From NCBI RefSeq assembly GCF_006345805.1, contig NC_043009.1:2542001-2606000 (forward strand): DNA of 64,000 bases. Reading direction: 5' to 3'. Below the pieces are notes generated by a model. It was given only the letters and a program-made list of their open reading frames with translations, searched no databases and was not told the origin of the DNA. This DNA is from Octopus sinensis (taxonomy: Eukaryota). Shown here one piece after another: positions 13,059 through 27,935 of the stretch. The position numbers and the translations under genes are program-made. Each line of letters opens with the position of its first letter. Position 1 is the stretch's first letter.

Positions 13059-13064
<6 letters not shown>
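11807..13064 (-). mobile_element. Tc1/mariner DNA transposon, probably DD37D/maT type, defective
   Basis: Degenerate ~26-bp TIRs (cagggtgcggtgaagaaattgtcgtc versus revcomp taaggtgcgatgggtaaattgttgac), TA flanks, internal transposase remnant. Confidence 0.9.
11926..12934 (-). pseudogene. Transposase pseudogene
   Basis: HTH region in ORF 12535-12921. My downstream translation gives WVSSDEKNF, VNIMVFEVITSDGDVMPPFIFPHGLRLN and WHQNSSPCHTSRITQSWLSDNF, with stops and frameshifts. A deletion prevents counting the triad spacing. Confidence 0.85.
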
Positions 13065-13124
<60 letters not shown>

Positions 13125-13150
13125 TTATACACATATATAATAATAAATAA

Positions 13151-13405
13151 ATGCGCGTTTTTAAAGCCTAGCAAGGCTCATGGGCCCGGTTTGCCCGTTT
13201 CAATGGCGTATGCGTTCTCCAGCTGGACGAGATGCCAGTCCATCGCAGCGTTACTCATTTTTGCCAGCTGAGTGGACTGGAGCAACGTGAAATGATGTGT
13301 TTTGCTCAAGAACACAACGCGTCGCTCGGTCCAGGAATCGAAACAATAATCTTACGATCATGATGCTGACATGATGCTGACACCCCTAGCAACTAGCCAC
13401 GTGCT
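13151..13405 (-). mobile_element. SINE family C copy
   Basis: High similarity to 857-1100. Confidence 0.9.
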
Positions 13406-13417
13406 TCCCCTTATGTA

Positions 13418-13490
<73 letters not shown>

Positions 13491-13495
13491 AATAT

Positions 13496-13547
<52 letters not shown>

Positions 13548-14891
13548 ATATGTAGATATATATACGAATCAGCTTGTATTCAATATATAACTATTCCTCT
13601 CTTCTTAGATGTAATGGATTTTGTAACCTAATTACTATTTTTTCAAAAATAGTAATTAACGCTAAAAAAAATTATTGTGTCCACTATTTAATATTGTTTT
13701 TATAAAATATAGCTATATTGCATACCAGAAATACACTAACGTCGATTTTGTGAGATATTTTCGCTGCCTTGAGAAACGTGATTTGTAGTCAAAGTGTAAG
13801 ATATCAATAATGTAAAATTTTATATATTCTTTCCGTTTCAAAATAAATCTCTCATTCTTCAATGCCAATAATTTGACCAAGTTGCAGGAACAGATAATGG
13901 TAAACAGTGTGTGTTCTTATTTGTGTAGTACTACAGTTACGAAGAATTTTCTGAAAGGAAAAGATCATAGAAATGGTAGAGGGTATAAATGGAATTAAGG
14001 CATGGATTGGACATTATTTCCTCTTTACACACCAATTTACAGAACTTAAAGCAAAAGAAAATGTTGTGTGTAAGAGAAACGACCGCTCATTTTTATGCTC
14101 GGTATTGCTTTGTAATAATATGTGAAAACCTGCAAAACACGTTATTTGTATATTTCCCAACGCATTATTTGTTCTGATTAGCTTTTAAACCTTTCTGTTT
14201 ACGAAAGACAATTGGCTTGTTGCCTGGACTCGCTAAAAGAGAGAAAAGCGTAAATGAAAAAGATAATACTATCGATAAACATTATTCCATCCAAGGAATG
14301 TAATGGCTTATTATTTTGCTTCTTGCTTCTTTCCCCCTTTTTATTGTTTCATGATTTGAGGTTCGGAAAAGCTACTTATAAACAAACGATTAATTTGACA
14401 TCAACACCAGAATATCGGCAAGTTCAATGTTCGCTGTGGTTTAGAACGGTAAGCTCAGTCTTAACTTTGATACCCGTTTCCAGTCGTTAAAATTCATGCG
14501 TTTATTCAGGAAATATCGCAAAATTGCATCGACAATGAGATAAACTTACCGCAAAAAGAGAGACAAATAATTTATCGAATACTAGTACTTATTTCTCGGT
14601 CAATGCATTCACCAGCGAAATAGTCTACCTTATGTACTAATGGTTACATATTAGCGGGATTATTTTGCTTTCTTTTTCTTTTTTAGTTCTGTTATAGATA
14701 TGTTATGCTAAAACGTCTACGTTTAAGGTGTAGCGATTTAATTAAGAAAATAAAAAAATAAATGCGCCCTGTTTCCCGGTTTCTATGGCGCATGTGTTAT
14801 TATTAATATGACAGAAACCGCATTTCCATAAGAGTTGTTTTTTTCGTGATGAATTCTTAATGCGTAGAACTATCATAAAAATAAATAATTA

Positions 14892-15120
14892 ATGCATCCT
14901 TTTAAAGCCCAGCCAGGCTCATGGGCCCGGTTTCTCGGTTTTAATGGCATATGTGTTCCCCAGCTGGACGTGACGCCAGTCCATCGCAGCGTTACTCATT
15001 TTTGCCAGCTGAGTGGAATGAAGTGTTTTGCTCAAGAACACAACGCGTCGCTCGGTCCAGGAATCGAAACCACAATCTTACGAGCATGGTGCTGACACCC
15101 TAACCACTAAGCCATGCGCC
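14892..15120 (-). mobile_element. SINE family C copy
   Basis: High similarity to 857-1100, with a small internal deletion. Confidence 0.9.
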
Positions 15121-15650
15121 TCAACTAGCGATTTAATAGTTAATCGGTATCTCTAGCAATTTAGTTAATATTTGTAAGCAAAATTCCCTTAACACATTAG
15201 GTGCTAGATTGGTAATGGTTGTATATAGGGTGAGTAAGGTTCATTATTATTTGAAAAATATATGCCGGACAACATTCAATGCTTGCCCTTCAAAATATTT
15301 ATGTTGCTAGATCGACTGCATTTGAACTCCGAACGTAAAGGCGGAAGAAATAATGGTGAATAACTCACATACTGACGATTCTACTACCGTGCTGCTTTCC
15401 ATCGGCAAAAATGCAACGCTTCAAAAAATTACTGCTTTCTTTTCCTTACACATGATTTTCAAATCTCATACTTCGCTCCTCAATTAATGACATAAAATTG
15501 AAACAAAATCCTTTTTATGACACTTTCACCCAAGTGTTTGCAATTATTTGTGATAATGTTCTCAGACAAATTAGGAAGGATGAGATATCTAAAAGTTTGA
15601 CTATTCCTATCTGCCGAAAGGTTGCATTGCAAATTTAGAAAATACAATTA

Positions 15651-16052
15651 GGAGTGGCTGTGTGGTAAGTAGCTTGCTTACGAAGCACATGGTTCCAGGT
15701 TCAGTCCCACTGCGTGGCACCTTGGGTAAGTGTCTTCTACTGTAGTCTCGGGCCGACCAAAGCCTTGTGAGTGAATTTGGTAGACGGAAACTGAAAGAAG
15801 CCCGCCGTATATATGTTTATATATATATATATGTGTGTTTGTGTGTTTGTGTATCTGTGTTTGTCCCCCTAACATCGCTTGACAACTGATGCTGGTAGTT
15901 TGCGTCCCCGTAAGTTAGTGGTTCACCAAAAGAGACCGATAGAATAAATACTAGACTTACAAAGAATGAGTCCTGAGGTCGATTTGCTCGACTAAATTTG
16001 GTGCTCCAGCATGGCCCAGTGAAATGACTGAAACAAGTAAAGGAGTAAAAGA
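15651..16052 (+). mobile_element. SINE family A, full length
   Basis: ggagtggctgtgtggtaagtagcttgc head, ggttcagtccc B-box, ggcaccttgggtaagtgtctt CORE-like motif, internal TA/TG repeat. Confidence 0.9.
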
Positions 16053-16455
16053 ACCCAATCAGTAAAAAAAATGGGAGACATAAAATGTCGGTAGCGTAGA
16101 ATTTAAAGAATGCTCAACTAATTTCATCGTATCATTATAATATACCCGTTAAGTTTTGCATCCATGTTACGTCCCCCAAGATACAAAACATTAAAACGAA
16201 AGTTCGCAGTGTTGCACTTAATAATACTTTACTTGCAAACCCCTCCACACACACACACACGTACATACACGCGTACAAAAAATAAAAGCCAATATATATA
16301 CATGGCTTATTCATTCTGTTTGTATGACATCACGTCTGAAGTGAAAAAAATTTCTTCACGTGTTTTTGTAATATTGCATACTAAAAATTTTGCGTAAAAT
16401 AAGAAATACTAGTTTTTCCTTTAAAAAAATTAGTATGAGAGAATATATTTCACGT

Positions 16456-16860
16456 TTTACTTATTACTTGTTTCAGTTATTGGACAGCGGCCATGCTGCA
16501 GCATCGCCTTGAAGGGTTTACATGAAGAAATCGGCCGCAGAACATATTTTTGAAAGCTTGGTACTTATTTCATCGGCCTCTTTTGACGCGCCGCTTGGTT
16601 ACAGAGATGTAAAGAAACGAACAGCGTTTGTCAAGCGGTGGTAGTGGCGGGGCAAGCACAAAGATACTGACACATGCCGAGCAAACATATGCGCATATGC
16701 ACACACACATACACATACACACATATATACATGTGTTTAGGTCTACTGAACACATACACACTTGCACACACACACACACACATTACGTCTACTGAACCAT
16801 CTGTTAATGCTTTGGTTGGCTGCGATTGCAGTAGAAGACACTTGCTCACTGGGATTAAAA
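16456..16860 (-). mobile_element. SINE family A, old degenerate copy
   Basis: tacttgtttcagt...cggccatgctg...gtagaagacacttgc landmarks. Confidence 0.65.
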
Positions 16861-16919
16861 AAGGGACGATGTCTTTGAGAAACTAAACTCTTACCACTCA
16901 TTCACGCGCTTATACATAA

Positions 16920-17100
16920 AGAGTAAAGAACCCCTTCAGTCATGAATGACCATGGGATTGCACTGAGAAAATTCCCCTTAAATGTTGAAGTCTAGGTAAG
17001 GTTGTTTATGAAAGTCCAGTGGTCACCTACGCTCACCATGCCCCTTCTCTCCACGCTACCGATATTATCCGAGGGTAGGGCAAAGGCCGATAAGAAGTTG
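16920..17100 (-). mobile_element. SINE family E tail fragment
   Basis: Reverse-complement similarity to 45230-45400 (ccataaacaaccttgcc, gcaatcccatggt). Confidence 0.6.
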
Positions 17101-17339
17101 CTAGTTTAATGCAAAGCAAAAGCTCATCATGATATTTTGTATAATTTATTCATATACAAATGTGGCGGTTTATATACATCCATTTTGCTTTCTCTCTTTC
17201 CCTTTTCTCACCCCTTTCTCTCTAACACACACACGTATTTGTATTTATATCTGTGTGTATATTAATATGTGTGCTTCTATATATAACAGCATTGATCGTA
17301 TTCATCGCTTTTCGCACTGAGAGAACGGGAATGTTACGT

Positions 17340-17800
17340 AGTAGTCCGGCTTTTAACACATCTCATTTGCTACGTTCCCTTTAGAAAGTTTTTATGGTTT
17401 GTAACTTTAAATCGAGAGCTGTTCCCATCAATACCGTTGAATATTGTTACTTTTCTATTGAGGTTTCGACAATTCAAAATGGCGTCCGGCCCAAACTTAA
17501 CCATAGTGTTTTCCATTATCATAAACAAATCAGTAAACCATCGTGTATTATGTACCCTAGGGGAGATACGATTCCCTAATCTGTGGTAGAATAACGATTA
17601 TTCTATTAACTATGCTCTTACTGTTATCAAGAACTAGCAACAGCCATATTATAATACCCGTTATTTTCGGAAGAATTTCTTCCTTATCAGAAAGTCTAGA
17701 GATTCTAGACGAAATGCCCTTAAGAATAGACTTAATTACAGCTCTAGGATGATTTACTGTATAATTAATCATCTGAACTACATTCAACTTTTTCCTAATT
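17340..17800 (-). pseudogene. Decayed PLE reverse-transcriptase thumb/linker fragment
   Basis: NHPRAVIKSILKGISSRISRLSDKEEI matches the PLE SNHP..IIK.IPKSISRRIS.LSS motif; a degenerate linker region follows. Confidence 0.6.
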
Positions 17801-18439
17801 ATATTAATGATATGCCCTTATCCGAGTAATAATATATCTATATTACTCTATATTTACAATTTATTTTCCATATAACTGCGATGTTTTGCTATAACTATAT
17901 ACTGATTCTGTAAATAATAGTTTTTTTAATCATTCCATTATATTTTGACTATTCTTCGAATTGGATTTTCACGCAGGTTCCAGTTAGTGGCTTTCCAATA
18001 ATATGATCATAATTCATTTACTCATATGGTTCTTACTTTCTAGCACACATCTCTTCTCTTTCTACTATTATATGATTCTTTGATTCTTTTTTAAGAGGCA
18101 CTGCAAGAATCTTAATAATATCCAGCTTCCAATATGTTGATACGACGAATTTCGTTATTTCTATTGACGGAGAATATCATATTTTGGAATTGATTCCGAA
18201 ATTTCGTGCTTCTTTTCTTACAATTGTGCGTCTCTGATGGAATGTCAACCTAACTGATGTTTCGATATGAGTGTAAAAGAGAGTTTCAATGGGTAAAGTG
18301 GAGTATCTAACAGTATTAAGGAGAGTATCCACGTGTGTACATGTATATATATATATATATATGTGTGTATTTCAACATACGAATTCACAAAGAATCTTGC
18401 AAATCATATAAAAAACGCAGTGTGTGTGTGTATGTATAT

Positions 18440-18482
<43 letters not shown>

Positions 18483-19012
18483 TACATAAATATATATATA
18501 TATATACATATATGCATAAAGGAAATATAATTTATGGCTTACCTCCCCACCACCACACACTCAATGACACTGTGAAGGGTCAAAACTGAAATTCTTAGAA
18601 ACCCCTTGAAGTCAAAATCCTGTCCAGCAGACCCCAAAACTTCTTTCCTTCTTCCCTCTCCCTTCCCCTCTTTCTCTTTAGCAATCACCTCAGATACAAA
18701 CACACACATGCACACGCACACACACACACACACATACACACATGTTCTCCTTCTCACTTCCTCCTCATCCACATCACCCTCTTGTACTGTCTTACATTCC
18801 TCCCTACCACAACCAGAAACTATAAAATGATTAAAATCCCCAGCAAAGGAACTTATTTTCATTTGAAAACCCCACTAGAATGGGAGAAAGCGCTAATGAA
18901 CAAAGTGATATGATATATATATAAATAATGTAATATATAAATAAATATCTGTAAATACAACCATCCGATCTTCTGATTACCTGATTTCTTCTAATATATA
19001 TATATATATTAT

Positions 19013-19054
<42 letters not shown>

Positions 19055-19308
19055 CTACAAAGTACGTGTTTATGGAACTCTGTGCATCTGGTTCTAGGAC
19101 CTCAATATGAGGATGAATATTACTCTATAGAATAGGCGTGACACCGTGTGACAAGGCAGAATAAGTGTAATACATATGCGATTCATTCGCTAAGCCTGTA
19201 CGAAGTGTTTGTCCATCCAATTGCACAGAGAATGCCAGCGAATCAATCATTCCATCCCTCCTTTTCTCATTCTATGTCTCTGCTCTCTATCTGTAATATA
19301 TATATATA

Positions 19309-19350
<42 letters not shown>

Positions 19351-19538
19351 ATATATTTGTGTGTGTGTGTGTGTGTGATTATTTACACATGTATGTTTGT
19401 GCACACATGTGTATAAAGTTGCTTTTATATGTATGTATGTATATATATATACACATACATATATATAAGTGTATGAACATATACCTATATATAGATATAT
19501 GCATGTACATATATATATATACATATATAAATATTGTG

Positions 19539-19582
<44 letters not shown>

Positions 19583-20929
19583 AATATAAATATGTGTGTG
19601 TCTATGTATACGCATAAGTATGTATACATATATACACATTAAAGACAACTAACGTTAAATAGACATACGTAATTAAAAACATAATAAAAATTACTTTATA
19701 TTACTGTAGGCTGAAAATTCAGCATTATGGGAATTTTTGATATATATTTCATGATTAATTTAAAAACAGCTAGAAAAAAATATCCCAGTAGTGCTTGCAC
19801 TTTTCCAAGGTACAAGTATTGAGTCGAAAATTGAAATTATAATTATAGCACAGGTGTGTAATTCCAAATTGAGACAAAATATTTTCAAATAGCACCATTG
19901 CTAATGCATAGACAAGAAGAAAGAAGTAAGTACTTTCTAAATGCTTACAAAAAGCAAACACGCAGCAAGAATTTATTCCACAAAACAAGGTAGAGCCTAA
20001 ATGCGCTAAGGAGAAAACTATTACATACATACATACATACATACATGCATGCATATATACGTACATATATATTTATATGTATACATATATACATATATAT
20101 ATATGTATGTATATATGTAACTATCTATCCATCTATCTATATATATATAGGTAAATAACTCGCTAGAAAGTTAGATATGTACATGTGTGTGTAGAGATTA
20201 TATGTATATATATGTAAGTATATATATATATATATATAATATATATATATACATGTACATACATAGGTAGATAGATATATGCATGTGTGTGCAGATATAT
20301 ATATATATATATATATTAATATATATATATACCACATGTATATTAATACAAGAATAAATAAATAAAATTTTATGCGGAAAATTAATGAATTTTGAGAATA
20401 TAATATTGCACTTTCCTTTGTAAAAACAAAATTATAAATATATGACTGGATAATGAAAATCAAAAATGCCAACGGACTAAAAAACAATAAAACTTTGAAA
20501 ACAAACTAAAAGAAAGAAAAGCAACCAAAAAAACAAAACAACCATCTGGAACGAAGCTTTATAATTAACATCGTATTTTGTAGAGGTAGAATTAAATCAC
20601 AATGTTGTAAAACAAATCCCTAGCTATTTCAGATTTTTTTTAGCAGACTAATAAATTAGCTCCGTTGACATCAATTATATGGAGATATTAGGAAAAAAAT
20701 ACTTCATTAAAAAATAATTAAAAAAACGTGGCTGCAAAAAAGGAAGCAAAATCTCTATGTTTACAAATGGTTCTCACTCTTAGAGTAATTCATTAAAAAT
20801 ATATAAAACAAAATATAAAAAGCAAAGGAAAATAGCAAAAATATATTATTCAAAGTGTAATGTGGTTGTTTAATAGACTCTTCATTAAATGTATTCTCAT
20901 GTAGATCCAGAATAGATTGAAAATAAATA

Positions 20930-21430
20930 GTAGAGGAGGTGATCACATGATGCTGATGTTAATGATGTTGATGTTAATGATGTTGATGGGGAAGGTGGTT
21001 GTGATGGTGGTGGTAGTATTTGTGATTATGACGGTGGTGGACTTTTTAGTTGTGGTGGTTGTGAAGGCGTTCATATTGATGAAGGCAATGGTGATAATGA
21101 TAATCATAATGATTAAGATGATAATAATGAGGATGATGCAATTGATTATAGAGATGATGATGACGATGAAGGCGATCATGAATTTGATAATGACGACGCC
21201 TACAACGAGAACAACGGCAAGTACTACAATGATAATGGTTTAATAGTGAAGGCAGTGACGCTGGTGCCGGTGGCCGAGGCGATAATGAAGATGATGGTGT
21301 GCTTATTGACTGTGATGGTGTTGTTGACAATGATAATTATGTTAATGATAATGATGGTGATTAAGAAGCTAATAATGATACTGATTATGAAGATGATGAT
21401 GACTATAATGATGATGACGATGATAATGTA
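20930..21430. repeat. Degenerate (GAT/GGT/AAT)n low-complexity tract
   Basis: Directly visible; produces Met/Ile/Thr-rich pseudo-ORFs on both strands. Confidence 0.85.
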
Positions 21431-21518
21431 AGAAATAGCACAAGGAATATTGTCTGAGGTTCTAATGTTTCTGACAACACCTCTTAAAACCAATATTGGG
21501 TTCTAATATAGACACAAA

Positions 21519-21660
21519 AGGCAGCGAGGTGGCAGAATCGTTAACGCGTGGGGGAAAATGCTTAGCAGTATTTCGTCGGTCTTTAGGTCCTGTGTTCGAA
21601 TTCTGCCGAGTACGACTTTACCATTCATCCTCTCAGGATCGCTAAAATAAGTATCGTGTC
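21519..21660 (+). mobile_element. SINE family B 5' portion, degenerate
   Basis: ggcagcgaggtggcagaatcgttaacgcg...gttcgaattctgccgag...ttcatcct. Confidence 0.75.
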
Positions 21661-23957
21661 CAAATTATATACACATATAGACACAAAACCTAAATCTTAC
21701 TGGCGGTTCTAGAACTTTTATATTGCTCCCAGTACTCGAATATAACTAGGTGTTCTCAACACCCGAATGCATTAATGGTAACGTTGATCTTTGAGGATTC
21801 GAGTGCAGATTTATAAAGCCGGAACTGTGTAGTAATTTTTCTGACACTAGAATGATTTCATATGTTCGCAGTCTTTAATTATAATAATTTCTGAAGTAGG
21901 CACAACGAAAGCAATTTTGTAGACTTATTCCGATACCATTGAAGCCACCTCTTGTTTGATACTTTATTTTATCAAAACCGGACGGACGAAACGCGTGGTT
22001 TACATCGGCGCGAAATGAAACCAATACAGATGGTATTTTTCAGCCCAACTAATAATTCTGCTAGCTATCCACATTAATAGTATTAATATAAGAGAGAGAA
22101 AGAGAGAGAGAGAGAGGAGAGAGATTCTAACTATCAAAACCGGAAAACGAGAATTAGAATGAGGGAAACGTTAATGAATATTGATTGCAAGATATATAGA
22201 TTACATTGAAATGGGTTGAAATGCGTGAAGGAATACAGGAAAGATAACTAGTAAAAAACAAAGTTACTAGAATTAACGTGAATCGTGAGAAATCTGATTA
22301 ATCTTGGCAGTAAGTAATTTAATGAGTTTCTTGTCAAACGACTATTGTCTGTTTTGTCGTGGTGTTCCATTTATCATAAATTGCAGTGTGTTGAAATTAC
22401 AAGAAAAACAAACGAAAGTGAAGAACTGTTAGATGTTGGAATTTGAGAATAGATGGACGGAAATTTTTCAAGCTATCAAAAAAAGTGTCAGCTTTGTGTT
22501 TGTTCCTTATTTTTCAAGTATATCTTTATCAAGGTTTATTAAATATTGATTCAAAATAGTCAAATTGTTTGTCTCCATTATTTTGTCAGATATTATTTTA
22601 CCGAGGCTCAACGTTAAATGGCAGAGTCGAGCCTGATAAAATTTGAACACACAGGGATGGACAAGATATTGCAAAGTATTATGACAGGCGTTGTAGAGAT
22701 TCTGTTTCACTTTGACGAAACCGAAAGAAAAAATATGTTAAGTCAAAATACTGGACAACGCAAATAAAAACCATAAATAAAATATCATATAGAAAAGATG
22801 AATAATTATATATTTGCAACTGGTAGAAAGTTATATTAGGACGATGTATATGGCTAATGAAGACGTAATTCTACAGATCCGAAAGCGGCTAAATCAAATC
22901 AATGTTAGGGTGCTATATAAAAATAACATAGGGGAATAGTAAAATGATTTAAACGAGTTACAAGAGGGGCATCCTGAACAAAACAGAAATGATTGATGTA
23001 AGGCAGGAATATCGATAGACCCCATAAAACATCCACCCGAGGAATCCATGGTACAGATTCTGTTCATTCTAGACAACATTAGCAGTAAAAATATAGTGAT
23101 TTAGATTCAAATATTAACGTATAAGTTTCGGAAATGTGTTCCACAGTAAATCTAAAGTATTCATGAGACCAAATGCGGTGAAAACTTGTTCTAAGTTGCA
23201 AGCTGGAAGTCTATAGGAAATTCGTGTTTCGAGTTGGAGGTAATTTTGTTTTTCAACAAAAAATATATTTAGACATAATATTTGGTGTGGGTGGAATTAT
23301 TTCCTTCTTTTTCTGAAGCGATGAAGAGATATATACTTTAAAGTAGTCTACACCTCTTAGAATTTACTCAACACCCTGTTAATATCGTAACGCTTACAGT
23401 CGATAGAACTACCATGATTGATTAAAATAGTAGCTTTAAACTATCCAGGTAATCAGTCAGTGTGCCTTTCACTTCTTACCTCACGTTGCTATATGTGTGT
23501 GTGTGTGTGTTTATATCGTGGAGTAACTTGTCCAACATAACGTTTAATTTTGATGAATAAAGAAAATTTCGTTACTATTTCAATTAAGTTCTTCGACAGT
23601 TTTCCCACTCAGATATATGACTAGACATTCATATGAAACCCAAACTACCTACGAGATCATTGCTAACAAACGAATTCAAAACGTTTGTTATATTACCCCA
23701 TAACCAAATACTCCAAATGTAACATTAAAAATATCAGGGTATGTCAACTACTTAGTTTTATAAGGTTAATACCCAATCTTTACTGCGTTCGAGATTTATT
23801 TTCTTGTCCTCTATTGTATATATATATACATATAAATAAAGTTTAGTCATTACTTGTTTTAGTCATTGGATTGCAAACATGGTGGTGGGTGGCACCGTCA
23901 CGAAATATTTAGTCAAGTAAACTTATTTTTAAAGTTTAGCTCATATCCTAAATTATT

Positions 23958-24353
23958 GAGTGGCTCTGTGGTAAGTAGCTTGCTTACGAATCACATGGTT
24001 CAGTGCACTGCGTGGCACCTTCGACAAGTGTCTTCTACTATAGCCTCGGACCGACCAAAGCATTGAGAGTGGATTTGGAAACTGAAAGAAGCCCGTCGTA
24101 TAGATGTATATATATATATATATGTATATATATGTGTGTAAATATGTTTGTGAGTCTGTGTTTGTCCCCCACCAACATCGCTTGACAACCGATGCTGGTG
24201 TATTTACGTCCCCGTAACGTAGCAGTTCGGCAAAAGCGACCGATAGAATAAGTACAAGCCTTACAAAGAATAAATCCTGGGTTTAGATTTGACCGACTAA
24301 AAGCGGTGCTCCACCATGGCCTCAGTCAAATGACTGAAACAAGTAAAAGAGTA
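23958..24353 (+). mobile_element. SINE family A, full length
   Basis: Collinear with 15651-16052. Confidence 0.9.
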
Positions 24354-24394
<41 letters not shown>

Positions 24395-25305
24395 GTGTGT
24401 GTGTGTGTAACGGGATTGTTTTCACGTCTCATCTAACAAATCCACTGACGGAGTTGTAGTAGAAATCATTTGCGAATGGTACCACGTAGTGACATGGTGT
24501 CTGAAACTCTCTGGTTGTGTGAATGTGTACATGGATGGATGGATGGATAGTTGGATAGCTGTATTCACACATACATATATATGCATACACATACACACAC
24601 GCACATATAGTTAAGTATTATTTAAAAGTCTCGGTTCCGTATTAAGCCGTAAATTTATGTCAAACAAACGCTGTGCGCCAACACAAAAGTAATTATCGAC
24701 TGCTTTTTCTTTACCTCGTATTTGATTCCTGTCTAGGCACGTTATTACACAAGAATAATTCTATATTTCATTTCTTTATATCTCTCATTATATATACATA
24801 AGTATCCGTGCGCATATATATGAACACACATAGATAGATATATCGAACCGCAAATTTGTCAAGGCCGTCCGGATTATGCATGTGCCGCTTGTCATATATA
24901 TACACTTTGCTGTGCTACAAAGACGTACGGATACAAAAAGGAAAAAAAATCTATTCTCCCACCTGTCGTTTTATTGTCATCAGTTGGCCCTAACACCTGT
25001 ATGCAGATGCAGTTTCATCTGTTTAGAAGTGCTAGTTCATCCAACCTGAAAGAGTTTCATTTAGTCGAAAGTTCACCGTACGATCGAGTGGAAAATGATC
25101 TGATTTTTGATGATTGAATAAAAACTTGCATGCTGTTTTGTTTGAGTTATACACACGTACACAAACACACACACACACGCACGCACACATGTATGTATTT
25201 ATTTAAGCATATATAATTATATATATACATATATATATTGACAGATAGATAGATACATATACATACTTAGATTATATATATATACATATAGATACACACA
25301 CACAT

Positions 25306-25358
<53 letters not shown>

Positions 25359-25489
25359 TATATATACATACGCACACACGCACACAAACACATCTGCTCA
25401 AGGACATATTTACGGTATCCCCATTTGTATATATATGTACGTATGCATGTGTATATATAAGCGTCTGTATATCTGTCTGCCTGTCAATC

Positions 25490-25975
<486 letters not shown>

Positions 25976-26244
25976 GCCAGCCAGAGAGAGAGAGAGAAAG
26001 AGTGGGAGAGACTAGTCAGATAGTGGGTGAGTGAAACAATGAAATGTGTCGAGCGAGAGGAAAAAGGCTGAAAGATAAATTTTACGTATGTATAATAAGC
26101 CTATTCATTTTGTCTTTATACATGCCTGACTGATTAAATGTCTATTGGATTACATCCCTCATTGACCATCCACTACAAATCATTCCCTTTTTTTTTTCAC
26201 CTAACTTTGGGACCCAGAATCGTCTCCCAACCACATTTACTTCT

Positions 26245-26289
<45 letters not shown>

Positions 26290-26778
26290 TCTTTGTCTAT
26301 TTCTGTGTCGGTCTGTCTGACTGCCTGCTTGCCTGTCTCTCTGTCTGTATCTTTAATACTCTCTGACTCTCCCCCCCCCCCATGCTATACATTTACTCCC
26401 CACACTCTCTCTCCCGCCCTCTATTTCTCACTCTATATGTGTATATATATTTCTTTCTGTATACATTATTTATCGGCCATGATCATCTGATACTCACGGC
26501 CCATCGTATCTCATATTCCGCTCTCGTTTGTTTCAGTTATGAATATATATTTATGTATGCGTATAAAAGATACACAATCTCACACATGCGCGCGCGCACA
26601 CGCATACACGCACATATCCATATCCATACGCATTTACAAACACATATACAGACACAAGCACTTATACAGGCTTTTACATGAACACATATTTTAGAAATAC
26701 AAGTAGTAGTAGGTGTGATGGTGATACTGGCGGCGTTAGCAGTAGTGTAATGGTTCTAGTAGTAGCTGCAGTAGTAGT

Positions 26779-26978
26779 TTCTCCGTCCGGGTTGCGGATC
26801 CGTGGAACAAGCTGCCAGACGAGATGGTGAAGATGCCGACGACCGCTTTGTTCAAAGCCTCTCTGGACCTCAAGTGGCCTGAACTCTTTAAATGAACACC
26901 ACCCTGTACTTAACTCCATGTCTCCCTACATGGCCTTGCTATTTGCTTTTGAGCCAAATTAACTAACTAACTAACTAA
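26779..26978 (+). mobile_element. CR1-clade LINE 3' end with (AACT)n tail
   Basis: My translation FSVRVADPWNKLPDEMVKMPTTALFKASLDLKWPELFK* (stop 26893-26895) is the typical CR1 ORF2 C-terminus (FS.RV...WN.LP...V......FK..LD). Confidence 0.85.
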
Positions 26979-27011
<33 letters not shown>

Positions 27012-27151
27012 TAATGGTTGTACTACTAAATAAACAATCTTCTTTTGCCACCTTCGTGAAAACATGAGCCGGGACGAAATTTCGAATGCGGAGGATGTTC
27101 TGAGAGGGCAAAACTGTCGATTTTAGAGCTAGCAAAGAGCAAACACACACA

Positions 27152-27189
<38 letters not shown>

Positions 27190-27490
27190 TGCACACACAT
27201 ACGAAATAGTGATGAGAAGACAGGAAGCGAATGGGACGTATGTTATGGAAATGGTATTAGAACAGCCATATTCGAGAAGCAGAGGCCATTGTTATAGCCG
27301 TAAAGCTCTGCATTACGGAGGCTTTCGGAGGTCTATAATGGAATTTGTGCTAACCTGTCAGGTGGACCATTTCTGGATGTGTTCTAGAGTGATTGCGTGT
27401 ACACCGGCAGTGAGGTTTCGAATGTGAGTGTAATATTGGTTAAGATATGCCAGAGCAGTTTAGATAAGCAACAATTGTACTGTTTGCTAA

Positions 27491-27935
27491 GGTGGCGAGC
27501 TGGCAGAAAGGTTTACACGCCGGGCGGAAAGCTAAGCGGTATTTCGTCTGCCGTAACGTTCTGGGTTCAAATTCCGCCGGGGTCGACTTTGCCTTTCATC
27601 CTTTCGGGGTCGAGTAAATAAGTACCAGTTACGCACTGGGGTCGATTTAATCGGCTTAATCCGTTTGTCTGTCCTTGTTTGTTCTATCTGTGTTTAGCCC
27701 CTTGTGGGTAGTAAAGAAATAGGTATTTCGTCTGCCGCTACGTTCTGAGTTCAAATTCCGCCGAGGTCGTCTTTGCTTTTCATCCATTCGGGATAGATAA
27801 ATTAAGTACCAGTTACGCACTGTGTTAGACTTAATCCCTTTGTCTGTCTTTATTTGCCCGCCTATATTTATCCCCCTGTGGTCAATAAAGAAATAAGAAA
27901 CCTTAGCACGCCGGGCAAAATGCTTAGCGGTAATT
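27491..27935 (+). mobile_element. SINE family B multimer (2 units plus start of a third)
   Basis: Units restart at about 27720 (aaataggtatttcgtc) and 27895 (gaaataagaaaccttagcacg). Confidence 0.9.

Noticed and set aside
25001-25117. 38-codon ORF ending in TGA/AATAAA, a possible terminal exon
   Set aside because: Short, no motif and no linked exons; expected by chance in AT-rich DNA.
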